Assembly (NCBI RefSeq): GCF_030442035.1
Contig: NZ_JAUJEA010000001.1
Span: forward strand, 525,559 to 589,558
Direction: 5' to 3'
Length of the DNA stretch: 64,000 nucleotides
Origin: Splendidivirga corallicola
Lineage (GTDB): Bacteria > Bacteroidota > Bacteroidia > Cytophagales > Cyclobacteriaceae
Shown here in pieces: positions 56,611-64,000 of the stretch. The position numbers and the translations under genes are program-made. The stretch's first letter is position 1. Every line of letters begins with the position of its first letter. The notes below the pieces were generated by a model that saw only the letters and a list, made by a program, of their open reading frames with translations, did no database searches and was not told the origin of the DNA.

Positions 56611-57106
56611 GATCGTGATATTTTACATATTTCTCTTTGATTTGTTTCCTCGCCCTTGATAAAATTACCCTAACATTATTTTCACTAAGATCTAGGATTC
56701 CGGAAATATCTCTTATGCTCAATCCTTCCACATTTCTCAATTGAAGGATAGCCCGCTGCTGTTCAGGCAAGGAACCGATAATTCGATCCATGATTTCCCT
56801 GTTATGCTTAAACGACATTACTTCCAAGGGTGTCGAATGGATGTCCTTCACTTCAATTGAATCCACGGAGAGCAGACTTGTTTTCTTTGATTTTAATTTA
56901 TTCAGACATAGATTTTTAGTGACCCTTATGGTAAAGGCCTCGAGGTTGTCATATTGACCAAGCGTTTCTTTTTTCGACCATAGTTTGAGAAAAACCTCCT
57001 GAACAACATCTTCTGCATCTTCACTGTTTTGCATCATCCATTTGGCCAATCGATACAACCTGTTCCTCAATCCATACACCTGTTCTTTAAAATCCTTTGA
57101 ACGCAT
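56603..57106 (-). CDS. ECF (sigma-70 family) RNA polymerase sigma factor
   Basis: Region 2 (…DAEDVVQEVFLKLW…) and region 4 HTH (…QRAILQLRNVEGLSIRDISGILDLSENNVRVILSRAR…). Confidence 0.85.
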   Translation of the reverse strand: MRSKDFKEQVYGLRNRLYRLAKWMMQNSEDAEDVVQEVFLKLWSKKETLGQYDNLEAFTIRVTKNLCLNKLKSKKTSLLSVDSIEVKDIHSTPLEVMSFKHNREIMDRIIGSLPEQQRAILQLRNVEGLSIRDISGILDLSENNVRVILSRARKQIKEKYVKYHDHV

Positions 57107-57276
57107 CCATAACTATAGACAAGTCTTAAACAAAAACATTACAAAAAAAGAAAAAATATTCCGGACGGTTACCTATGGAAAGAAAACAGCACATACCAAT
57201 CTCGCTGTTTAAACACTACCAAGTAAATTAAAAGGAATTATGGAGATCTTGTAGGGGAAAAATATATATCGAATTA

Positions 57277-58611
57277 TTATTTAACACTATAAAACAATCC
57301 GAACCCAAGTCCGAGTGAGTTGATAGATCTTTTTTCAGCTCCGAGCCTACCCAGGCCATATTGATAATTTACCTCCATCTGACCACTCAATCGTCTACTA
57401 AAAGCATGTTCAATTCCAAAAGATCCACTTAAAGAGCCAATATTTAAAGAAGGATTTTCAAACTTCCTATCCTCACTAAAAGCAATTACTTCTCCGTTTT
57501 CTATTTCTAAAAATGAATATTTGAATGACTGATTCACCAATATATCCAGTGTAGGTCCTGCTCCAACAAACACACCCCAGTTATAATTCAGGGACTTATG
57601 ATATCTCAAATAAAGTGGAATTTGTACCGTTGTATTTTCAATTTGGATCTCATCGGGAGTATTTTCTAATTCAAGATATCCCGGATATCTTTGCAAATCA
57701 CTATCTGTGAAGTTGTCGTCATCCACCTCATCCAGTTTGTAGTTGATCTTGCTGAAGCTCACACCGGACAATAATCTTAAATCTCTTTTAAGTTCAACCT
57801 CGGTAAATAAGCTGTGCTTTAAGGAGAGAAATCTTTCTCCGATATCCGGATCAGGGATTAACATACCACTAGCCAATCCAATATTTATGTGTAGCGGATT
57901 TCTGTTATAGCGTCTTTTACGAGAATCTTTTCTCTGATATTTTTCATTTATCTCGATCAAATCTCCATTGAGTGAAAGGTAATCACTAAGGAATGGTACG
58001 GGTTCAATCAAATTGACCGAGCTCCTATTGATTTGATCATATTCAGAATTAGGATCTCTACCAGGATCATCAAAACCACTGTAAAGAGATCTTAAAAAAG
58101 GATTCTGGCTTCTGAAAGCATCACCATTCAATATTGAAAAATTTCTATTCCATACATTGGTACCTCCTCCTTCCGTGGCTATTAATGATGATGGATGGGT
58201 AGCGTTGGAAGCATAAAGATTATTATGATGATCCCAATGGTCCCTGTAACGTTGCGACCCATAATCATTATTTCCTCTTTCAAATGCTGCACTAATAAAA
58301 ACAGTATCAGACACAATTTGCGTGATTTTAATTGTGTCTATAACAGTTTGTTTTGGTGAATGTTGCAGTTCCTGAAGTAATTGTGATATTTCATTTTTGT
58401 CACTACGAACATTCCAAAATAGCCAAAAATTGATCAATGTGAATAGGGTAAGACCTGCAGCCCAAAGGCCAGATTTCCACTTAATGAACCATGGATCGAA
58501 TCGCACATGATCCAGAAGATGGCTCATTTGCTCCCATGCTTTTTCGTCAAATCTTGGGCTAAGGGATTCTAGTTTATCCTTAATTTTGTCATCAAATGAT
58601 CTATTATCCAT
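57277..58611 (-). CDS. membrane-anchored protein co-translated with an ECF sigma factor (anti-sigma candidate) with beta-rich C-terminal domain
   Basis: ATGA start/stop overlap with the sigma gene at 58604-58611. ~45-aa cytoplasmic N-terminus, one TM helix (…LWAAGLTLFTLINFWLFW…), and a C-terminal region with alternating hydrophobic beta-strand pattern. Confidence 0.4.
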   Translation of the reverse strand: MDNRSFDDKIKDKLESLSPRFDEKAWEQMSHLLDHVRFDPWFIKWKSGLWAAGLTLFTLINFWLFWNVRSDKNEISQLLQELQHSPKQTVIDTIKITQIVSDTVFISAAFERGNNDYGSQRYRDHWDHHNNLYASNATHPSSLIATEGGGTNVWNRNFSILNGDAFRSQNPFLRSLYSGFDDPGRDPNSEYDQINRSSVNLIEPVPFLSDYLSLNGDLIEINEKYQRKDSRKRRYNRNPLHINIGLASGMLIPDPDIGERFLSLKHSLFTEVELKRDLRLLSGVSFSKINYKLDEVDDDNFTDSDLQRYPGYLELENTPDEIQIENTTVQIPLYLRYHKSLNYNWGVFVGAGPTLDILVNQSFKYSFLEIENGEVIAFSEDRKFENPSLNIGSLSGSFGIEHAFSRRLSGQMEVNYQYGLGRLGAEKRSINSLGLGFGLFYSVK

Positions 58612-59170
58612 AATGACTAAAATCCTCTTTATTCAGTTCCACAATCATCTTCTTCAGCTTCATTCGGGCCTTTGCCAAGTTTGACTTTGAGGTCCCTTCG
58701 CTGATACCCAACTTTTTCCCTATTTCTTTGTGATTATACCCTTCAACCACATATAAGTTAAAAACCATCCGGTAAGCGGGTGAGAGGTTTCCAACTATTC
58801 TAAGAATTTCCTCGGCAGATACTCTATCAATCACTTCCGGGTCAATAAATTCAGTATCTGCCTTTTCAATTTCTAATGTGTGTCTATGATTCGTGTTTCT
58901 CCTATATTGATCAATAGCCGTATTAACAAAAATTCTTCTGGCCCATGCTTTAAAGGATTGATTGGGCAAGTGTTGATCCAGTTTGGTGAATATTTTCAGA
59001 AACCCATCGTTCAAAATTTCCATTGCCTCATCCTCAGATTTCGTATATCTAAGGCAAATACTCTTGGCATAAGGAAAAAAAAGCATATAAAGCTTCTTTT
59101 GAGCTTTTCTGTCTCCTTTTTTACATTCCTTTATAAGAGGATCAAGAATATTTTTGTTCTCGAGATTCAA
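58604..59170 (-). CDS. ECF (sigma-70 family) RNA polymerase sigma factor
   Basis: Region 2 (…EDEAMEILNDGFLKIF…) and region 4 (…YRMVFNLYVVEGYNHKEIGKKLGISEGTSKSNLAKAR…). Confidence 0.8.
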   Translation of the reverse strand: MNLENKNILDPLIKECKKGDRKAQKKLYMLFFPYAKSICLRYTKSEDEAMEILNDGFLKIFTKLDQHLPNQSFKAWARRIFVNTAIDQYRRNTNHRHTLEIEKADTEFIDPEVIDRVSAEEILRIVGNLSPAYRMVFNLYVVEGYNHKEIGKKLGISEGTSKSNLAKARMKLKKMIVELNKEDFSHYG

Positions 59171-59338
59171 CTATTATTGGCCATTTGATCAACAAGACGT
59201 AACATATTCAAAAAGCGTTGCTACGGTCTTTTCGATTTAATTAAAATTTTAAATTAATAAAAATATAGCTATTTTGCCAGTTGGCAACCGTTCAAACAAG
59301 GTCTCCGTCATTATTTTCAGAATGTCAAACGCAGTACA

Positions 59339-60814
59339 ATGAAAGGGTATTTGATAATTGTAGTGGTACTGATTTTATTCTCTTGTGGGGATGATCCAAT
59401 AAACGACCGGTTTGGTCTTGCGGTTGAAGAGGAGATACTTGTGTCCAATGTTTGGAAGGTGGGTACGTTCCAGGATGGAAGCACAAATAGTGCTGCGGTA
59501 TACAATTCTGTATTCATCCAGTTTAATGACAATAACACCTTCGATCTGATTAACGAAGCAAGAAATGTCTACGGCGGAGAGTGGGCACTTACAGAAAACA
59601 ATAGTCTGCTGGTTATCCGAAATCATGAGACCACTCCGGACATTTATAAAGATATTGGTGATGAATGGGTAGTTGCCAAAATCAATGATCAGGAGCTTAG
59701 AATCATTGAAAGGGATGGAGATGGTCAAGAAGAATTTACTTTTTTACCCGCCACTCAAATAGAGCTTTCAGGCATATGCACAGCTTTACAAAAAAGATTT
59801 GTAGATAGTTTATGGACCATCAGTTATTTTTCAAATAATGGAGCCGATCTAACAAATTCATTGAGGAATTATACTTTCGATTTTGACGATTCCGGGGTGC
59901 TTAGGGCTTTTAACAACAATGTGGCTGATATCGGATCTTGGGTAACTGGTATCAGATGTGGTAAGCTTCGAATCAATCTTAAAAACTCCAGTGATCTTAA
60001 ACCTTTATCAACAAAATGGAAGGTTATTTATTCTTCACCACAACTCATAAAACTGGTTAGTGAAAGAGCGGAAAAGAATATGGAGGTGCACTTTTCAACA
60101 CAAAATGCGATCCTCTTAACTGATGATGAGATCTGCCTTCGCTCCAATGAAATCATTAAAAACGGGTATTGGCGAGCCTCAAAATACATTGAGGGTTATG
60201 ATAGGCCTACAGTTCCATTTGCAGGTTTCATTTTGAAATTTGATAGAAATGATGAACTGATTGCTATAAGTAATACAAAGAAAATAGTAGGTGAATGGAA
60301 TTTCATAGAAACCTGCAATAAAATAGCCATACACTTTTCAGATACAAGTTTAAAAGAAATATCAGGAACGACATGGCACCTTACCCATCTGTCTGACAGC
60401 CTTATTACATTGTTGGTAGAAGATGATATTGAAAGAAGGGAAATACATCTGGTAAAACAAACAGATCCTCAAGAGAAATGTAATTTTCTTAAGCAATTCC
60501 TAAACGATAATTTCTCATGGAAGGTGACAAAATTTGATGAAAATGGTGATCTACTCACCGAGGAGTTCAGCAGTTCAAAAATTGCTTTTGCTTCCGACAA
60601 CAGCCTCAAGATATTGTCCGGAAACAATGTAATTCTTGGTGAGTGGGTTCTCAATGACGATTGCGAGGCAATCACCATTTCAATTTCTGAAGATCAGGTT
60701 TCCTTCTCCAGGCTCAATGCTTTTTGGCATATTACAGAATTTTCGGAAGAACAGTTAGTACTGGTTCATGAAGAGAATGACATAAGAAAAGAAATGGTTT
60801 TAACAAAAAATTAA
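59339..60814 (+). CDS. lipoprotein with 3-4 internal lipocalin-like repeats, hypothetical
   Basis: Lipobox (VVVLILFSCGDD). Recurring …G.W………I……… modules (GSWVTGIRCGKLRINL / VGEWNFIETCNKIAIHF / LGEWVLNDDCEAITISI). Confidence 0.4.
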   Translation: MKGYLIIVVVLILFSCGDDPINDRFGLAVEEEILVSNVWKVGTFQDGSTNSAAVYNSVFIQFNDNNTFDLINEARNVYGGEWALTENNSLLVIRNHETTPDIYKDIGDEWVVAKINDQELRIIERDGDGQEEFTFLPATQIELSGICTALQKRFVDSLWTISYFSNNGADLTNSLRNYTFDFDDSGVLRAFNNNVADIGSWVTGIRCGKLRINLKNSSDLKPLSTKWKVIYSSPQLIKLVSERAEKNMEVHFSTQNAILLTDDEICLRSNEIIKNGYWRASKYIEGYDRPTVPFAGFILKFDRNDELIAISNTKKIVGEWNFIETCNKIAIHFSDTSLKEISGTTWHLTHLSDSLITLLVEDDIERREIHLVKQTDPQEKCNFLKQFLNDNFSWKVTKFDENGDLLTEEFSSSKIAFASDNSLKILSGNNVILGEWVLNDDCEAITISISEDQVSFSRLNAFWHITEFSEEQLVLVHEENDIRKEMVLTKN

Positions 60815-60872
60815 AGATCGCTCATACACGACTTCAGAGTCGTGTTCCCTCTCTAATTAATTGCTGATTGTG

Positions 60873-60908
60873 GCCGGAGTTTTTCAACTCCGGCTATTTC
60901 CTTTTAAA
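60873..60908. terminator. bidirectional terminator between convergent genes
   Basis: GCCGGAG-TTTTCAAC-CTCCGGC hairpin followed by a T-rich run. A second hairpin ACACGACT-TCAG-AGTCGTGT lies at 60826-60845. Confidence 0.5.
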
Positions 60909-60932
60909 AAAATAAATCTCTCTTAGGGAGAT

Positions 60933-61616
60933 TTAAGCCCCTACTACACTGGTATCCTTTATAACCGCTCCATCCTCTATTCTAACAATACGCTTTCCGT
61001 ACTGGGCATTTTTCTCCGAGTGGGTTACCTGTACAATGGTCATCCCCTCTTCATTCAGCTTTTGGAAAATTTCCATGATCTCCTCACCTTGTTCGGAATG
61101 AAGGTTTCCGGTTGGCTCATCCGCCAAGAGTAACTTTGGTTCGCCAACAATGGCTCTGGCCACACCAACCAATTGTTGTTGCCCTCCCGACAATTGCTCA
61201 GGAAAAAGATCTTTTTTTGCCACCATCTGAAACTTATCCAACATTTCAGCCACCATACTTTTTCTTTCTTTGGCTTTTATTCCTTTATAAAGCAATGGTG
61301 TTTCTATGTTCTCATAAACAGTAAGCTCATCAATTAAATGATAGGCCTGAAAGATAAAACCAATGTGATGCTTATGGAGCTCTGATTTCATCCTTTCCTT
61401 TAACTTATGAACGGGTTCATCCATGAAAAAATATTCTCCCTGTGATGGTTCATCAAGCATTCCTATGATATTCATTAAGGTTGATTTACCAGCACCACTG
61501 GGTCCCATGATTGTAAGAAACTCCCCTTGTTCAATATCCAGATCAACTCCCTTAAGAATAAAAATTCTTTGGTATTTTGAATCTACATATTTGTCAATGT
61601 TCCTGAGTCTTATCAT
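60933..61616 (-). CDS. ABC transporter ATP-binding protein, MacB/LolD/FtsE-like subfamily
   Basis: Walker A GPSGAGKST, signature LSGGQQQLVGVARAI, Walker B LLLADEP, H-loop VTHSE. Confidence 0.85.
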   Translation of the reverse strand: MIRLRNIDKYVDSKYQRIFILKGVDLDIEQGEFLTIMGPSGAGKSTLMNIIGMLDEPSQGEYFFMDEPVHKLKERMKSELHKHHIGFIFQAYHLIDELTVYENIETPLLYKGIKAKERKSMVAEMLDKFQMVAKKDLFPEQLSGGQQQLVGVARAIVGEPKLLLADEPTGNLHSEQGEEIMEIFQKLNEEGMTIVQVTHSEKNAQYGKRIVRIEDGAVIKDTSVVGA

Positions 61617-61790
61617 TATTCGTTATGTAATTATTAAAAATTTTAAATCCAACTTGCCAATAAACATGCCAGTAACTGTTTTACGGCTAATAAAGTTAAC
61701 CAAGCCACTTATTTAAAAGCCAACAAACAGGATACTGACCGAAATTGAACACTACCGTTCAATTTCAGACATTATATTAACATTTTAATC

Positions 61791-63140
61791 TCAGAAATGC
61801 ATGGTAAATGTGGTTCCTTTATCAGGTTCTGACTCAACATAGAGATTTCCATTGTGCATTTGCATGATTTGTTTTGAAAGGCTTAGTCCTATCCCGGATC
61901 CCGTTTTCTTGGTAGTGTAAAAAGGCATAAAAATTTTGTCGATGGCTTCAGGAATAATGCCTGAACCATTATCTGAAACTTTTATATAGATCTTTCTTTC
62001 TTCATCCAGGCCACCCTTCAAGACTACCTTACCATCTTTTCTTTCACTAACAGCTTCCTTGGCATTTTTCAGCAGATTGATCAAAACCATTTCAATTAAT
62101 TCTTCATCCGCTTTCAATTCTGTTTTGGGATACTCGGTTTCACAAATAAATTCAACATTCACCTTTTTCATTTCCTGGTTCATTAAAGTAGCCGAGTGGT
62201 CAAGCACTTCACCTAACTTCAATTTTTTGAATTGAGGAGTTGGCACATTGGTATAATCACGATAAGCTGTAACAAAATTAATAAGTCCTTTGCTCCTGTT
62301 TTCTATGGTGTACAGCCCTTCTTCCAAATCTCCCAGCGTATCGTCAGAGATCTCATAGTGTCCATTTCTCTCGGTCAGATCCTCTTTTAGAATCTCATTC
62401 ATTGTAGCAGTAAGTGAAGAAATAGGAGTAATAGAATTCATGATCTCATGGCGGAGAACACTTGTTAAATTCTGCCATGACTCCAATTCCTTTTGTTGCA
62501 ATTCCGATTGGATATTTTGTATGGAAATCAGTTTGAAAGATTTTCCGCGCAACCGGATCTCTGTGGCATGGATTGCCAGATGCATGGTATTACTTTCCCT
62601 GACCAATGTTTTGTCACCGGGATGAATTTCTTTTAGTACAGTATGTAGTCTTAAATTCTTTGAAGCCAGTTGATCTATGTTTTTTATTTTATCCAATCGT
62701 AAAAATTGCTGGGCTTTGGTATTCATCAGGCCTACCCTACCATCCTCATCGAAGGAAAGAAGCCCAACATTCACATGTTTCACTAAGGTTTGTAAATACT
62801 GAAAATGCTCTTCTTTTTCCGATCTGGCTTTCCTAAAAGCTTCAATGACTTTGTTAAAAGATCTGTTCAATTCTTTGAAGCTTGTTCCTAATTGATTATC
62901 GGAAGTAAAGGTTGAGGAGAAATCCGAGAATCTCACGGAGTCAAGGAAACGACTTAATTTGCGATTTGTATTTTCTACATACCTGAAAATATCGTAGATC
63001 TGAAAAATTATTAAGGAGGAAATGACAATCACCGTAAAATATTTATTGCCATTCAATACTAAATACAATGTTATAAAAATTGACAGGGTCAATAATGTTA
63101 CTCTAAATAATAAGCCTGTTCTAAAACTTTTAAAGGCCAT
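61791..63140 (-). CDS. sensor histidine kinase (NtrB/AtoS-like partner of sigma-54-dependent regulator)
   Basis: Two N-terminal TM helices. H-box (…[12 protein letters not shown]…). N, G1 and G2 boxes (…NLLKNAKEA…DNGSGI…GSGIGLSL…). Confidence 0.8.
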   Translation of the reverse strand: MAFKSFRTGLLFRVTLLTLSIFITLYLVLNGNKYFTVIVISSLIIFQIYDIFRYVENTNRKLSRFLDSVRFSDFSSTFTSDNQLGTSFKELNRSFNKVIEAFRKARSEKEEHFQYLQTLVKHVNVGLLSFDEDGRVGLMNTKAQQFLRLDKIKNIDQLASKNLRLHTVLKEIHPGDKTLVRESNTMHLAIHATEIRLRGKSFKLISIQNIQSELQQKELESWQNLTSVLRHEIMNSITPISSLTATMNEILKEDLTERNGHYEISDDTLGDLEEGLYTIENRSKGLINFVTAYRDYTNVPTPQFKKLKLGEVLDHSATLMNQEMKKVNVEFICETEYPKTELKADEELIEMVLINLLKNAKEAVSERKDGKVVLKGGLDEERKIYIKVSDNGSGIIPEAIDKIFMPFYTTKKTGSGIGLSLSKQIMQMHNGNLYVESEPDKGTTFTMHF

Positions 63141-64000
63141 ATTTTTCTAATCTGCGATAAAGAGATGAACGCGTAAGCCCTAATTCATGAGCCGCCTGCG
63201 TTATATTTCCATCGTATTTCTTTAATACTTTTCTGATTAGTATTCTTTCTACCTCTTCCAAATTGAATTTTTCGAGCAAAACCCCCTCTTCCTGGCTGTG
63301 ATGTATAGGATTGAAATAAAAGTCTTCAGGTTGCAGAATATGCTCAGAACTCATAATTACCGCCCTTTCCAGTGCATGCTCCAGCTCTCTGATATTGCCC
63401 GGCCAATGATATTTCTCCATTCTTTTAATAACGGCCTGGCTTAATGACCTTACTTCCTTATTATATTTTTTAGCGTAAAATTTAAGAAAGTGTTCTGCTA
63501 ATAATTTAATATCATCAACTCGCTCTCTCAGCGGCGGTAATTTGATCTCAATGGTATTTACTCTGTACAATAAATCCTGTCTAAAGGTATTCTCTTTAAC
63601 CATTTCGTAGATTGGCATATTGGTAGCACAGATGAGCCTGATATCCACCGGGATTTGTTTGTTGGATCCAACTCTGACCACATTTCTATTTTGTATAACG
63701 GTCAGCAACTTGGCTTGTAAAGGCATAGATAAATTACCGATCTCATCCAAAAACAATGTACCGCCTGAGGCTATCTCAAACCTTCCTGCCCGGCTTTCTT
63801 TTGCATCTGTAAAAGCTCCCTTCACATGACCAAAAAGCTCACTTTCGAAAAGTGTTTGGCTTATCGCCCCCAAATCCACATTGATAAATGGCTCTGAGGA
63901 CCGAGACGAATTACTGTGTATCGCTCTGGCAATCAATTCCTTTCCTGTTCCATTTTCACCCAATATCAAGACATTGGCATCGGTTTCAGCTACCCTGTCA
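63130..64000 (-). CDS. sigma-54-dependent (NtrC-family) response regulator, 3' part; N-terminus lies beyond the window
   Basis: AAA+ sigma-54 interaction domain (GENGTGKE Walker A, …[15 protein letters not shown]… GAFTGA-type motif, …NIRELE…). C-terminal Fis-type HTH (…[19 protein letters not shown]…). Stop overlaps the kinase start. Confidence 0.8.
   Translation of the reverse strand, partial: DRVAETDANVLILGENGTGKELIARAIHSNSSRSSEPFINVDLGAISQTLFESELFGHVKGAFTDAKESRAGRFEIASGGTLFLDEIGNLSMPLQAKLLTVIQNRNVVRVGSNKQIPVDIRLICATNMPIYEMVKENTFRQDLLYRVNTIEIKLPPLRERVDDIKLLAEHFLKFYAKKYNKEVRSLSQAVIKRMEKYHWPGNIRELEHALERAVIMSSEHILQPEDFYFNPIHHSQEEGVLLEKFNLEEVERILIRKVLKKYDGNITQAAHELGLTRSSLYRRLEKYGL

Noticed and set aside
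1-64000. Search for tRNA, rRNA or tmRNA genes in intergenic regions (for example 13900-14430, 16520-16790, 35205-35590, 50631-51011)
   Set aside because: No GC-rich cloverleaf-like segments or GGTTCGAATCC-type T-arm motifs were seen by eye. Intergenic DNA is AT-rich repeat or promoter sequence. A tRNAscan run would be needed to be certain.

Overview
This 64-kb window reads as an AT-rich chromosomal segment of a Bacteroidota-type genome (GC about 38-40% by eye, not computed). I base the assignment on lipoprotein signals of the M-K-x-hydrophobic-C type, ECF sigma/FecR pairs, an STN-like N-terminal domain, DUF1080 and GHL10-like genes, and the codon usage. I called about 55 CDS and found no rRNA, tRNA or CRISPR array.

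Left third (1-17.5 kb): a PspC-domain mini-protein, a clan GH-A-like hydrolase, a DUF255/thioredoxin-domain protein, a transglutaminase-like protein, an AraC regulator, a DUF2089 pair, an alpha/beta hydrolase, a complete ModA-Mop-ModB-ModC molybdate cluster, and a RidA gene fragment that ends exactly at a repeat insertion.

Middle (17.9-35.2 kb): the most interesting part is an uninterrupted co-directional minus-strand array of 14 genes. Its two ends look like the two halves of a yjf-type PspA (bacterial ESCRT-III) envelope-stress neighbourhood. The upstream end carries YjfI-like and PspA genes. The downstream end carries DUF4178, a lipoprotein, DUF350 and a membrane-anchored SpeE-like aminopropyltransferase. 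Between them sit a YqiJ/NfeD-like plus flotillin pair, two tiny membrane proteins, a GPP34-like protein, an ABC ATPase with a large polytopic membrane partner, and a 1646-aa coiled-coil protein with a C-terminal AAA_5-type ATPase domain. I propose this AAA+ giant as a previously undescribed ATPase component of a PspA/flotillin membrane-remodelling system.

Right third (35.5-64 kb): an accessory islet (XRE/S24-like repressor, single-HKD PLD nuclease-like protein, NTF2-like, lectin-like and 2H-phosphoesterase proteins), a 1477-aa six-repeat AsmA/TamB-like membrane protein, an 824-aa secreted seven-repeat beta-sandwich protein, an EEP-family membrane phosphoesterase, hutG/hutF without the rest of the hut pathway, two ECF-sigma modules (one with an STN-domain G-x-Q repeat protein where a TonB-dependent receptor is expected), a MacB/LolD-like ABC ATPase, and an NtrC-type two-component system that runs off the window end.

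Also noted: a family of ~72-bp double-palindrome (GTCCC-N3-4-GGGAC) units arranged as inverted pairs, a (GGTTTCA)x6 promoter-proximal microsatellite, and two paralogous small secreted proteins.
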